In this document: positions 47,427 to 61,629 of the stretch, piece after piece | Numbering within the stretch: position 1 is the stretch's first letter | Layout: each line of letters begins with the position of its first letter | Position numbers and translations under genes: made by a program | Notes under the pieces: generated by a model | Databases searched by the model: none | What the model saw: only the letters and a program-made list of their open reading frames with translations | Told to the model about the DNA's origin: nothing | Source: Paramoeba atlantica | Taxonomy: Eukaryota > Protista > Discosea | Direction of reading: 5' to 3' | DNA length: 64,000 nt | Assembly: GCA_977017575.1 (NCBI GenBank) | Contig: CDRNVI010000179.1 | Span: 1-64,000 of the forward strand

Positions 47427-49294
47427 ATGGGTACGAAAGATAAGGGAAAGAAAGAGAAGAAGGAGGATAAGAAGAAGAAGGACAAGAAGGGGCACAAGGA
47501 ACCTCCTCCAGTTTCTCCTCGAGTGACCCGGGATCCGGGTTGGTAGTTTTTTTTTTTTTTTTCCAAATGAACCTTTTTTTTTTCCTTTCTTTTTGGGGGA
47601 AAACAAAAAACGAGTTTTCCCCCAAAAAAGCAATCTTGTGTGCTGTTTTTGGTTGGGTTCTTTTTATTATTATTATTTTATTATTACTCTCCACCAACTC
47701 GATTTTTCCAGGTCCTTCATTTGATTCTGGAAGTGCAGCGTCATCTAGTTCTGTGGTTGCGCCCGCTTCTGGTGCTTCTGGTGAAACACAACCTCTCTCT
47801 TCCATTTCTATGATGGACGAAAAAGTAAACTCTGACGTGATTTTTACTTTGAGTGATGGGAAAACGATTAATACTCACTCTTTTGTTTTGTCTTTCCGTT
47901 GCCCAAAATTGTATGAGTCTTACGCCAAGAAGAAACCAAAGGGTAAATCAAGAAAACCTGTTACTGTTGATATGAAGGAAAATATGAATCCTGAGAGCTT
48001 CCGAATTGTTATTCAGTTCCTTTACGCAGACAACATTGACTTTCCTTCTTTCACTCCTCTCTCTGTGTTGAATATTGTTTTTGCTTCTCACCAGCTTGAA
48101 TTGGAGCGTCTTGCTCGTCTTGGTGAAGAACATCTCCGTTCCAACTTAAATCTTGATATGGTGTTCAGTTTGTTGAAAGGTAATCAAAAATTCCTTCCTC
48201 TTTTTCACAAACAAACAATTGATTTTTTTTTGGAGAAGAGAGAGAGAAGAGATTGTCGGTTCAATTATTTTTGTTGAGTCACAAAAAATACTTTGATTCT
48301 TTTTTCTAACTCATTTTTCATCTCTTTCTATTCTCTCTTTACTTCTCTCTCTGTTTTTGTGTTCTCCTTCTCCTTCTCCTTCTCTCTCTCCTTTCTGTTT
48401 TTTTTTTGTTTTTTTTCTATTAGGGGCTCATGAGCTTGGTGAAATCAGAATCAAAGATTTCTGTATGGATTACGCTCACAAAAACATGAAAGAGTTTATC
48501 AAACGAAAGGAAGATGCGAGAAACCTTGGTGTAGAATTGTTTCAAGAAGTCGTCTCTCTCTCTTTGGAAGAATACAAACCACCTCCTCCTGACACAACCC
48601 CTATTCCTCCCAATACACTTCATGAAGACTTTGCCAAAATCTATGCGACTACCAAGTCTGGTGAAACCTGTGATGCGTATGTTAACATTGCTGGAGACAA
48701 GATTTTCTTTCACAGGGCTGTTGTTTGCGCACACACCAAACCTTTTGCAAATGCGCTTTCTTCTACCAAGGATGACGATATGACCGATGTTCTTGGAGTC
48801 ACAGGAATGGAACCAGATGCGTTCCGATCAGTCTTGAAATTCATCTATTATGGTGATCAAGACATTACCCCTCTTCTTGCTTGTGATTGCGCTCCTTTTG
48901 CCAAACGTTTTGAAGCTTTCGATCTCCAACGAATTACTGAGTCTGTGATCGCACATAATATCTCTGCCAACAATGTTCTCCCCATCCTCAAAGTTGCCTA
49001 TCTTCCTGAAAATATGGATCGTGCTGAAATGGCTTCTCTTCGTGCTCATTGCCTCATGTTCTTAACCCAGAATGTTGCTGGTTTTTATTTTCCTTTTTCT
49101 CTTTTTTTGTTATTTTACATATTTTGATTTATTTCCAGTTTTTATTTATTTCTTTCTTTCTCAATCCAAACTGTTTTTTCTTTTAAAATTGAACTCTTTT
49201 TTTTTTTTTAGCGGTCAATTTGGATCCTTTGATGGAGCTTGACATTCGCATTTCTGTGGATATTCTCCGGGCTTGGCAAAAAACTGTCATGTAA
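47427..49294 (+). CDS. Tandem BTB/POZ(-BACK) protein with Lys-rich N-terminus; 4 exons
   Basis: SDVIFTLSDGKTINTHSFVLSFRCPKL..FRIVIQFLYAD; CDAYVNIAGDKIFFHRAVVCAHTKPF..FRSVLKFIYYG. Confidence 0.88.
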
Positions 49295-49985
49295 AATGGA
49301 ATATACGAAAACTCGAAACTTTTTGAAACTCGAAAAATCGAATCAAAATTCCTTCTTCTCGTTTCTCTATCTCTCTCTCTCTCTCTCTTTCCAAAAACGC
49401 AAGTAACTCTTCTTTCTTTCTCCCCTTCTCTGTCTTACCCCTTCTCTTTAAATTTCTCGAGGAATGAAACTTTGATGGAATCGAAGTTCCATTCGTGAGA
49501 GTATACGGTGCAAGTTTGTGTGTGTGTCTTGACAAACAAAATAAATCTGTAACAAAAAAAAAAGACAAGAAGAGAAAAAGAAAAACAAGAAGGAAGAAGA
49601 ATAGATTTTGTGTTTCAATCGCTGATTTTGTTTTTTGTCAAAAACGACCGAGGAGATTTTTCAAGTGCCCGAAAAGAACGATTTCGGTGAAAAAAGCTCT
49701 TTCTTCTTTCTCTTTTTTTCGTTGTTGTCACCTTTTTCCAAAAAAGGGAGTGGCAAAACACCGTTCTTTGTTCGCTTTCAGGACCTGGAAAGCGGTGGCA
49801 CCTTTGCAAAAGGAGGTTTAAGGTGAGTCTCTTTCACCATTCTTTTTTGGTTCTGGTTCATATTTATTGCCATTGAGAGATCTATTTATTCCTTTTTTTG
49901 TTTTTGTTTTTTTGGGGGGTTGAAAAAATTCTTTCAACGGAAGGAAAAAGAAAATCTTAAAAAATTGTAAAAAGTTGGGAGAGAA

Positions 49986-52900
49986 ATGGCTGAGGAAGTG
50001 TTAGGCGAAGGAGGAGGCCGTGTCCTGCGTTCAGCCTCTAAACTAACAAAACCTAACAAGGAAGAAGAGATGGCAGACGGGAACCACCAATCTCAACAAG
50101 AAAGGAGAAGAACAAGACAAAACCTGTCACGTGAAGTCGTAGAGATCTTGGAAGCACAGTACCAAATTTGCCCCTATGTTTCCCAGGAAAATTGTAAGCA
50201 GTTGCTTGCCCAAAAAACTGGTTTTTTTTCTTTTCTTTTGACCAACCGCGCAACATTCACCCCCCCCCCAAAACTCTTTTTATCTTTTTATTCAACAAAA
50301 AAAATAACAGGACTTCCTGCTCAAAAAATTGTCAAGTGGTTTGATAACAGAAGATCAAAAGACCGAAAAAGAAAGAGGCAAATTCAATCAAACGATCTTT
50401 TATCCCATTCTCATCTCGCAAAAAAGTCTCCCCAACCGTTGCCTCGAGACACTCTTTCTTCCGAACAATATGGACAACCTCAAAAGGGCCACGCATCCTA
50501 CTATTCTTTGAGCGTTCCTCCTTCTACAACTAGAAAAATGATGTCCAGTGGCCCCATGGAAATGGTAAATTCTGCGGCAGTTGCAGCTAGATGGCCAACA
50601 TCACCCGCTCAAACAAAAAGAGGAGGAGCTCAAGGCGATATGAAGGCTTCTTTGGCGACTCTTATGAGTGTAGCAGAATCACCCGCCCAACAACAACAGA
50701 ATTCTCAACAACAAGCTGCGCTGGGAGGGTTTCCTTCTCTTGGTTCAGTTAGCGATGGCTCAAGAAAAATGGACTCGGAAATTCAAGATTTTTCAGCCTA
50801 TGGTTTGATGTCAAATGCCACAGGTGAAAAGATCCCCCCCCTCCCACTTCCTCCCTTCTTTTCTTTCTTTCCCCCCCCCCCCTCTCTCTCCTCTTCTTTT
50901 TTTCGATAACTTTAATAATCTCGATTTTTTTTGTCTTTCTTTTAGATCCAACAAGAAATGGGTTTTGGGGCAACCAAAAAGACCAGCAGCAGACTGTCAC
51001 TCAAAGATTCCATCAAACCCTACTTGAAAAATTAGCTGAAAGTAGAGCTGATGAGAGAGGAATCGGGGGAAATTCACAGCAGTTTCTTGTCCCAACCGAA
51101 CGACCTTTACAATCATTGGGTGAAGTTCACCAAAATGAGAGGGATTGGGCCGAAAATGCTTATTCTCGGAAAGGAAAAGGAGTTGGGAATGATACTCTTG
51201 GAAAAGGGGAGAAGTCTCCTGTTTTATTCCAACCCTTTTGGAGCCAATTGCAACAACGTTTTTTTTTTGTTTCTTCTTTTTTTTTAGTCTTCCTTTCTTT
51301 TTTAATTGATCAAAAAAAAACATAGAATCAGAGGGCGATACTGATGATTTTCGAGCTATTTTTCGAGTCTATTTTACTGGGCGGAAGCGTGGTTCCTTCC
51401 TTTCTTCTCCTATCTCTGGTTGGTCATTCTCTTTCAAAAAGTTACTTAAGAAAATAGAACCTTTTATTTATTTGTTTATTTTTTATTTTTTTCTTTGACT
51501 GATGAGAACCACAATTTCAGATTTAGACTCTCAACATCTCCATTTGTGTATCAACCATGCATCAAAGTTTGTTTTTCTCTTGATGATTCTTTCCAAAAGT
51601 TGGGCGTCTTTCTAATATTTTTCAAAACTAAAGAGCGTTGGAATGCTTGGCAGAGCGTCTTGTTCATCAAATTCGACATGTTATTCAATCGATGTCTGCT
51701 TTGGTAAGTTGCTCATTTTTTACTTTTGCTAATTGAAACGGCTTTGACGCGGAGGGGGAGATTGTTTTTTTTTTTTTTGAGTTCTTTGTTTTGGTTTTGC
51801 CTCACCTTATTATAAAATAGGATGTTATTGAAATGTTCAAAAATGCACAATACAAAGATCCAAAGAGAACCCTTCATTTCCTCACAAATAATCGTGAAGG
51901 TGCCGAGGCACTTGGTTTTCATCCCTCTGTTCTTTCAAAAATCTCTCGTCTCCTTCCAATGGTAAAGATTTTCTCCTCATTTTTTTCGTTTCCCCTTTTC
52001 CTTCTCTTATTCCATCTCTTATTATGGGGGGGGGTGTCAAAAAATTAACTCTTTTTCAATGAATTAACAGCTTTCCACGATGTTAGAAAGTCAATACTCT
52101 TTCCCTGAGCAGAAATATGCTTTCGAGCAGTTACTCAAATGGGTCTGGGCTTATTGGTCGAAGGCTCGAAAGTATGGTTGGTCAACTCCGAAAGTAAGGC
52201 TTCAACAAAGCAAAGAAAATCGACAGAGACTCTCTTCCTCACAAGATTCTGGTGACTTTCTTCCTGCTGCTCTCCCTTCTCCTCGCAGCTCTTGGGGTTC
52301 AGAATTAGAGGGTGGTCGTGTAATAAAAAATGAGACTGGGGGAACACCATCTGTGACGAATGGATCTGGGATGACAAGTGCAACCTGGAGTTCATTAGAA
52401 ACTCCTTCTCAAATGTTTGCAACTCCAAATTACCCTTTTATGTCCCCAATTCCACCTTTTGTTTCTCCTGGATTTGGTGCACCTTTTGAGTCTCCTTATG
52501 CGTTATTTGGGTATCTCTTTCAGTTTTTGAAACAAAAAATATTTTCTTTTGTTTTCTTTTTTTTTGTTACAAATCCGCTAATTTTTTTATTATTATTTAA
52601 AACACACAGTGAGAAAGGAAAGTTGCATTCAGGGAAAGAGTCCCACAATTCACAATCTTGTGAGACAACTTCATCTTCGCTTGGACCTCCTCTTCCAGCG
52701 CCACAATGTCGACCAGACAAAAATAGCCCTAATGTTGGAAATGTACAGCTCTTGGGCAGTTTGCCACCGGGCAACTCACCTTCCCAATCGACATCACGTC
52801 TTTTTAATACTTCATCGAGTTCCAATGTAATGACTGAAAACCCCAAGAAGGCTTCTCCTCTTTCTTCAATTGGTGTGTTGAGCTCATTGACTGAAGTCGC

Positions 52901-54009
52901 AAGCGCATCATCCCCTCGAAGTGGCACTCATCAATCCTCTTCTCTCTTCTCCTCTGTTTCGGGAACATCATCAACATCAAATTCTTCAGCAATTGGAGAA
53001 AATAGTGAAAGACAGAGGGTCAAGACAGAACAAAACGAAGGTAAAAACGACCCAAAAAAAGTAGAAAAAATGTTCATGTCTCCTATTTTTGTGGCTCCAT
53101 CTCCTCGAACTTTGTTTGGTGGACTTGATTCTCCCTTTCCTTCACTGGCGGTTCTTTTTATTTTATTTTTGTTTCCTGTTTATTTTTTTTTCTCCTTTGT
53201 TGTTGTGTTTTGTTAAAATGTGGTGTTTTTTTTATATAGAGTCCGATGGGTGCGTCACCGATGACTTCAGCAAAGTCTCCCAGTTCACGAAAGCAAAAGA
53301 CACCGACACAATCGATCAAAAAATCGTTCGTATTTTTTCCAAGACTTCCAATGGTATTCTCTTTAATTCATTTTTCTCCTCAGGTTAGGTGAGAAGACTG
53401 GGGCTATTTTACAGAAGGATCTGGGAAAATTTTCTTCCCCATCTTTTGTCCAGACGTCATCAAATACCCCTTCAGCAATTGCAACGAAAAATGGTTTCTC
53501 TCTCTCTCTCTTTCATCTTTTTCTGTTCCCTTTTTTTGATCTGACTTTTTAATTTCAAAAAAAAAGAAAGCGGACCACCTGCACTCACACTTCCTGATTC
53601 GGTCATCCCAGAAGAGAAAGGTGACAAGGAGGGGGGGACAACTGGAGGGGGGGAAACAAAATCGCTCCAAACTCTTTTTGAAGGATCTCCTCCAAATCTT
53701 TCTCCCAACTCATCTCAATTGTCCCTCCCATCCCTCTCCTCAGCGCTTTCCAGTCGTTTCGAAAAAGTTGTTGGCGGTGAAAAAGAAGCTGAATTGTTGG
53801 TTCTCTTTCTTACACGCCCACATCGTGATGTCTGTGGGCAAGTGCTCTATGATCTGTTAGATGCCTGGTTGAAAGGTCAAGATTCGTTAAAAGATTGTTT
53901 ATCGAGTTTGCCATGTGATGTGAAGATAACTCCAGAGAATAATCAGTTGGTTTACCACAACGGAGAGGGAGAGGAAATCATGCTTCATGAAGAACAGTTC
54001 AACCCATGA
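49986..54009 (+). CDS. Homeodomain protein with an unrecognised central helical domain and Ser/Pro-rich regions; multi-exon, 3' exons tentative
   Basis: RRRTRQNLSREVVEILEAQYQICPYVSQENCKQLLAQKT|GLPAQKIVKWFDNRRSKDRKRK. Phase-consistent downstream exons run through about 52200. Confidence 0.8.
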
Positions 54010-54395
54010 AAAGTGGTTGATGATTTTTTTGAAAGGTGGGTGACAACGTTGTTAATTCTCCTTCAAGGGTCACGAAAAGGGGAATCCATTTTCCATTTTT
54101 TTCAAGACAGAAGAGAAGAAAAAAAAAAAAGAAAAAAATAAATTTATTATTCACAAAAAAAAACGAAAAAAAAACGAAAAAAAAAAAACGAAGACCGAAA
54201 AACGTTCCAAAAGAATAATTTTTTGTGCTCCTTTTCTTGGGAGGGAATGTAGTCCTTTTTGATTTTTTTTTCGTGGATGCGATTGTCGCTTTTTTGTTTT
54301 TTTTTTTGAAACAGATCCGAAAAAGAGGATACGCACAAAACCTCCTTTGTTTTTTCTTTTTTCTTGTTCTTTTTCTCTCAAGAGATGTCCTTACG

Positions 54396-57300
54396 ATGAA
54401 TTGGGTCTTGGAAGAGAAAAGGAGAGAGGATGAAGAGAAGAAGGGCCTTTTTTGGGTTGAGCTGACCTCTTATGACCATTTTCAGCTTGAAAAGAGAGTG
54501 GCGATGGTCTCTGGGGGCGAGCTTCCAGGTTGAGTATCAAATTCATCCCAAATCAAATCAAAATATTCACAAAAATCTTTTCAAAACACAGAAGAGAACA
54601 CTGGAAATCCCTCAGCAGCTCAGTTTCGAGTCGTAAGTTGTTGTGGATTATCTTCAATGGATCGAGCGATCTTGGATTCAGTCAAGTTAGTTGAGATTCG
54701 GTCTCTGTCCTCTCCTCTCTCTTTTTCGTCTGATCTACCTCCTGCCCCTCGAACCCCAAGTGAACGAAAAAAGAAATCAACTTCAATCTTTATGAAGTTT
54801 ACAAAGAAAAAAGAAGAAAATTCAACGAAGAAGATCCCCCTGGTTTCATTTATGAATAATTCTTTTCTTCTGTTCCGCTCAAGAACAAGCGTTTCTCACA
54901 TTGACTTCCTTTTCCCCCTCTTTTTTTCAGACCGATTTAGAACGTTCATCCAAATCATTGAGCGCTTTGGACAATTATTTTCCTGATATGTTTATTATTT
55001 ATTCATCAAGAGAACTGCCTGAGATTTTACCGGTGTGGCGGATGTTAATTTCGTTAGTTATCAACAAAGAAAAAGGAGTGACCAACATCACACCCATTGC
55101 CAGTCTTATTCGGCTTGCTGCTCACCGGTTTTTTCTTTCTTTCTTTTCAAATTAGGGAACAAGAATACTAAATATCTACATTTTTTTCACCCCCTTCAGG
55201 TATCAAGTAGATGTGAAATCGATCAAGATGAAAATCACATTGGATCATCATTTAAGTGAAACAGCGTATTTGGATGAGTGGAATTGTTTGAAACCAAGAG
55301 GTCGTCGTCCTTCTTCCTTTCTCGAAAGATCTCCAAAGCAAGAAGAAATTTTCACAGCTTGTGAAGCTCGGTTCCGAAACCTTTTCTTTCTTCCTTTCTT
55401 CTGTTGTTTTGCCGAAACTCAATTTAATTAATTTTTCGTATTTTCAGAATGGTCCGCGTTGTTGACGAAAAATCATTTTCTGGTGTTTTGATTGTGACAT
55501 CAAGTCATGTTAGTTTTTTAGTTGAAGAGGAGTTAAAGGAACCTCCTCTTTGCAAAAGACGAACAAAAAAGGAAAAGGAGAAGGCCGGGAACGTCACAGA
55601 GGAAGAGAGAATGCAAGCATTGAGTGATGTGATAAATCAACTTGAAAAGAAGCACAATCGAATACCAATTCCTTTCTTGTCCGTGATGGCTCTCTGGCAA
55701 AACCATTGTGACTGCTCTGAAAATTGCTCAAATGACATCATCTCTATTCAAACAGTTATCAGTAAGGTACTCTTCTCTCTCTCTCTCTCTCTCTCTCCCC
55801 CCTCTTTTATTAATTTACCATCTCCTGATCTAAAATTTTCCTCTTCTCAGTATTCCATTGTGCTTACTTCTGCTTCTGCTTCAAAACAAGCATCTATTGG
55901 CTATCTCATCGATCAACTCTGGAGATGGGTGATGGTATTAACACTACAAAGAGCAAAGGACACTTTCGACACTTTTGGTTTGGAAAGAAACAAATCAATC
56001 AGTGTGAGAGACTTAAAAAAAATATCGAAAGAAGAGGACGAAGAAAAGAAATATGACACCGACATTCTACCTTTTTATAACATTCCTTTTGAACCGACTG
56101 AATGCGTGGTGAATACCCCTTGCATTTGTTGGGAAAATTATGTATATTTTCCGGGCCAGTTAAAAGCGACCCATGATGGACTAATTTTCCAAAGCGACGC
56201 AGCGATTGATTTAATGTCTTCTTCTCAAACTCAGCGTGGTGAACCACTTGTTTTCTCCATCCAATTTCCAACCATCACAGAGATTATGTTACCTAACCCA
56301 ATCCCAGCAATATCAGAGAGAGAGCGTGCTCACCTCATCCAAATCTCAACTATCAGAGGAAAAAAATTCTTATTTCAAGTTGAACAAGGCGATTCTATTC
56401 TCTTGTTATTCCAATTATGGGCAGTTTCAATTCGATCGCCACATTTTCGCCATGAAGGTCCTTCACTGATGACTCCACCTTCTTTGACTCTTTGTGAAAC
56501 AACACTCTCAAAATCATGGTAATTTTGTTTTGAATTTATTTTTTGTGCATTTTTTTTTTTGTATTTTTCATTTATCATGATAAATTTAGTTCACTTTCAT
56601 TCTTTGGAGGCCAGCAATTAAATTCAAAGATATTGCTGCGCGCTGATGTCCATGTTGATATGTGGCGAGATATCCATTTTCTTCAATCAATCGCGAGTGG
56701 AATCTCAGGTTTGGATTCCTTCTTTCAAAAATATTTACAGAGGCTCAAAAAAAAAAAGTCTTAGAATTTTCTTCTCTTTTAGATTTGCAGAGACCCTTTA
56801 TCTGGCAAGTGATATCAGGGTCATTATCCAAGTACTCAGATTCAATTGCCCATTCACAAAGACAATGCTTGCTTCGATATGTTCCAGAAATTATTTCACG
56901 TGAGAATTATTATCTTCCTCAGGTATTTAAAAATTTCAATCAAAACCCAAAAGAAAGAGAGTGCAAATATATTTGAGATCATTCAAATGATCCTTTTTCT
57001 CATCAAAAAAATATTAATATTCAATTTTAAAAAAAAAATCAAAAAGGGGATTGTAAAAAAACTTGGTTCTACATATGAAGATTATTTATCCAATGCTCGA
57101 AAGAATCACAAAAAACACTTCATGGTTGGTTCATTTCATTTCATTTTTCTACTCTATATTTTAAAAGTATATTTTTGAAATCACCTTTTCACACCACCAA
57201 TTTTGTCTTTCTCTCAAAAAGGGGGAAATTGAAAAAGATTTGTATCGGAGTTTCCCAGAACATCCAATGTTTCAAGAAGATGAAGGAATCGCCTCTCTCC

Positions 57301-58728
57301 GAAGAGTTCTGGTTGCTTTTGGAATTCGAAATCCATCGATTGGTTATTGCCAGTCAATGAATATTCTTGCAGCTTTCTTATTATGTTGGATGGATGAGGT
57401 TTTTGCATATTTTTTTCCCAGAATTTTTTAATCTCTCCTTCTCATTTTTCAAGTAGCAAAATGCTTTTTGGTTGCTTTGTGTTATCACTGAAAACCTCAT
57501 GATTGATTATTTTAATGCTTCAATGACTGGAGCTTGTCTTGATCAAAAGGTTTGAAAAGAAAATTTGGTCTTTAGAAAATAGAAAAGAAAGAAAAAAAAA
57601 AGGGGATCAAAGAAAAAATCAGGGAAGATTCCCATTTTCTTCAAAATGTGTAATTTTTTTTTGTCTCAAAAAAAGGTTCTTCAAGATTTGGTTGCTGAGT
57701 TACTCCCAGGACTGAACGATCATCTCCTTCTCCTCGGCTCTCAAAATTTACTTCCAGTTGTGACAACACAATGGTTTTTGTGCTTGTTCATTCAGTGCCT
57801 CCCTTGGCCGGTGGTGTTGCGGATTCTTGACAACTTTTTTGCGATCGGGATCCATTATCTTTTCCAGACAACTCTCGGATTGTTGGAATATTACTCGAAT
57901 GCAATTTTAGAGATGGAAGATAGTGCAGAAGTTCTGATCCTTTTACGGAGTTGTGAAGAAGTTGAAGTTGAAGAGCTATTTCGGTGTATTGAAAAGTTTC
58001 GGTTGTCTGTGACCTCAAGTGTAATCAAGGAGTTGAGATCTGTTCATCGACCAGAATTGTTGAATCATATCGAAAACACAATTGATGAGAAGAGCGAGAA
58101 CGACGCTGAAATGGAAGATCAATCCATGACCAAAGAAGAAGAACAGCAACTAAAAGTGAAAGAGGATAAACCACTCAAAAGCAAGAAGTCAAAATTGGCT
58201 TCTATCTCTGTGCCGTCTTTAGCCAACATTAACCGAGCAGGCAAAACCGATGTCATCCAACAACAACAGAAGAAACTCACGCCCACCACACCTTTGGGGG
58301 TCAGTCCTGTTGGGAAATTCCAATCCAGAGAAAAATCAGTCCGCCATCGCTCTCTCTCAAGTGAAGTGGATACCACCGAAGCAAGAGGAGCGATTACAAG
58401 GGGGGAGACTTTGCAACTCTTCCATATTGCAGATAATCTTCGCCATGGACGGTTCGAAAAGGCTTCAGGCAGAGGGTCTGGTTCTTTTTCTGCAAGAAAG
58501 AGTTCTGGTTCTTCACCAAGATGGGATATTGAGGAATTAAAAGATTTTTCTCCGAGCCTCTCAAGATCAAGAGCTGCGACAACTTATGAGAGAAGCCGAC
58601 TCCAAGATTCATCACCAACTTTTGAAAAAGACAAGAAAGAACAAAAAGGAGGGAATGAAGAGAATGAAGCACAAGTAAGGGAAGAAAAAAAGGGAGAAGC
58701 AAAAAGAAACTTAAATAAAACTCCATGA
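54396..58728 (+). CDS. GRAM-domain TBC RabGAP (TBC1D8/9, Gyp2-like); start uncertain
   Basis: GRAM-like [16 protein letters not shown]; [13 protein letters not shown] (R finger), [12 protein letters not shown] (Q finger), [30 protein letters not shown]. Confidence 0.9.
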
Positions 58729-58843
58729 CAAAAAAAACATTATTTCCTGGAGGAAAAGAGAGATTTTTGATTCCCAATGTCAGAGAAGGGAAAACCTAAT
58801 TTTTTTCTTTCTTTTCATCAGGTTATTATCTTTATTTCTTCAA

Positions 58844-61629
58844 TCATTGATATTCTGTTTCTGTTCTCAAATTATCAAAAACTTGAATTGTTTGTCGAGC
58901 TGGTTTTATCGTCCGTCCCTACAACAACCAAAAAAATCAAAAAAATTGAAAAAAAAGGAAAATATCAACAAAAAGAAGAGAAAAAAAGAAATAAAACCTT
59001 CAATTGGATGATCAATTCAACAATGTTACGATTTTTCGCAACATCAAGGACTGTTTTCCCAACCTAACACAAAAAAAGGAAAGAAAGTTTCAAAAAAAAA
59101 ACCACTCCAACCCCCTCTATCCTCCCCCATTTCCCCCACCCACCACAATCCAACAATTCACAAATCAAAAAGAAAATGAAAACTTTGGTTTTACGCTCAA
59201 CATTGGATCCATGTTCAACAAGAATTTCCACAATTTGTTCAAAACCTTTCCAAGCAGCATAATGAAGAGCGGTCATTCCATACTTTAACAAAAAGAAAGT
59301 TGTTAAACAAAGAATAAAAAAAATAAATATCACACAACACACAACCATTCACAATCAACATGAAACCACAAAGAATAAAATCAAAAAAAGAAAATTAAAA
59401 CTTCATCTTGAAGATGAATGTTGGATCCATGGTCAATAAGAATCATCACAATTCCTTCATGACCATTCTTAGCAGCAACATGAAGAGCAGTCTGTTTGTC
59501 CTAACACAAAAAGAAGTTTTTTTAAAAAAAGCAAAACAAAGCACACCACTCTCCATCCTATCTGAATTCCAAAGAATTAACAACAATTAAAGCCAAAAAA
59601 AGAAAATCAAAACTTTGTTTTGTTGCTGAATGTTGCACCCATGTTCCACAAATATTTTCACAATTTCCCCAAAACCATGGAGTGTTGCCCAGTGAAGAGG
59701 GGGATGTCCATCCTAACAAAAAAAGGGGTTTCAAAAGAACAAAAAACAAAATGAAATCACAATCCACCATTCACCCACCCTCCATCACAATAGCAAACAA
59801 CCAAGAATGAATTACAAACAAAAGTGAGAAATAAATAAAATGAAAATTAAAAATAAACTTGATTTTGAAGATGACTGTGAGCACCATGTTCAAGTAAAAT
59901 TTTTACAATTTCTCCAAAACCTTTTGCAGCATAGTGAAGAGCGGTGAATCCCTTCTGAACAAAAATAAGTTAAAAAAAAAAGAACAAATTACACAATCAC
60001 ACCTTTCATCGCACCCTCCTATCATCAACAGAACCAAAGAATCAAAATTTGAGAGAAACAAAAAAAAAAGAAAACTTGATCTTGGAGATTAATATTGGCA
60101 CCAAGTTCAATCAGAATTTCGACAATTTCTTGATTCCCATTGAATGCAGCAAAGTGGAGAGCAGATTTTTTTCCTTGAAAAACCTAAAAAAACAAAAACA
60201 AAAAAATAAATCACAATCATGAAAAAGAAAACTTTATCTTGAAGATGAACATTGGATCCATGTTCAAGAAGAATTTTCACAATTCCTTCAAAACCATGCC
60301 CAGCAGCGAGGTGCAGAACAGTCTTTCGATCCTGAACAAAAAGAAGTTTTTTTCAAAAAAAAGAGAAAGAGAAAGAAACAAAAGAGAAGGAGAAGAGAAG
60401 AGAAGAGAAGAGAAGAGAAGAGAAGAGAAGAGAAGAGAAGAGAAGAGAAGAGAAGAGAAGAGAAGAGAAGAGAAGAGAAAAAGAAAAAAAGAAAGAAAAA
60501 ACCTTGTCATTGTACTGGAAATTGAAATCGATTTTTTGTTTTCTTTCTTGAAGAAGAAGATTGACAAATTCTTTATCCCCTTTCTCGACAGCATCCAAAA
60601 AACTGGTTCACAATTTGTTCATAACCTCTCTCAGCAGCAATGTGAAGAGCGGCCCATCCATTCTTTAACAAAAAGAAGTGAAAGAATAAAAACAAAATAA
60701 ATATCACACAACCAACAAAACAACATGAACATCCAAGAATTTAACCACAACAAACAAAAATGAAAACAAACAAAAAAAGAAAATCAAAACTTCATCTTGA
60801 AGATCAACACTGGATCCATGTTCAAGAAGAATGTTCGCAACTTCTTCAAAACCATAGTCAGCAGCATGGTGAAGAGCGGTCCAGCCATGCTTAACAAAAA
60901 GAAATTGGTCAAAGAAAAAAAACAAATATCACAGAACATGAACAACCAAGAGAGTTCACCACAACAAAGAGATTATCTCTTTAAAATGCAAAATCAAAAT
61001 CAAAAAAAAAAGAAAATCAAAAACATTATCTTGAAGATCAACATTGGATCCATGTTCAATCAGAATCTTCGCAATTCCTTCAAAAGAATTGTCAGCAGCT
61101 TTATGAAGAGGAGTCATTCCATCCTTAACAAAAAGAACTGATAAAAAGAACAAAACAGAACAAAATATCACACAACATGAACAAAGCCAAGAATTTAACC
61201 ACAACAAATAAAACAAAGAAAAATCAAAAAGCAAAAAAGAAAAAAGCAAAACTTTGGTTTGAAGATCAACATCGGATCCCTGTTCAAGAAGAATCTTCAC
61301 AATTTCTTCAAAACCTCTGTCAGCAGCACAGTGAAGAGCGGTTATTCCATCCTTGAACAAAAAGAAGGGTTCACAAAACAAGAACAAGAACAAGAGAGAA
61401 AAGAAAAAAAGAACAAAAGAAGAAAAAAAAGAGAGAAAAGGGGAACAGAGAGGTTAGAAAATAGTTTTTGAAAAAAAACCTTGTCATTGAACTTGAAGTT
61501 GATATCAAGTTTGAATTGTTCGTTTTCTTTTCCAAGAAGAAGAGCTTTGACAACTTCTTCATCTCCATTCTCAACACCTTCAAAAAGATTCTTTGTTTCT
61601 TTGTTTGGACTTTCTTCTTCTCCATCCAT
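58844..61629 (-). CDS. Ankyrin-repeat protein A: N-cap exon (61629-61480), about 10 single-repeat phase-0 exons, C-cap exons; out-of-frame fused exon at 60662-60503
   Basis: 99-nt exons at 61351-61253, 61123-61025, 60889-60791 and 60331-60233, plus further exons to about 59185, each giving xGxTALHxAAxxGxxEIVKILxEHGxxV. Confidence 0.88.

Noticed and set aside
54396-58728. Functional link between the TBC RabGAP and the Rab pair
   Set aside because: They are 52 kb apart, nothing in the sequence connects them, and the GRAM-TBC architecture is ordinary.
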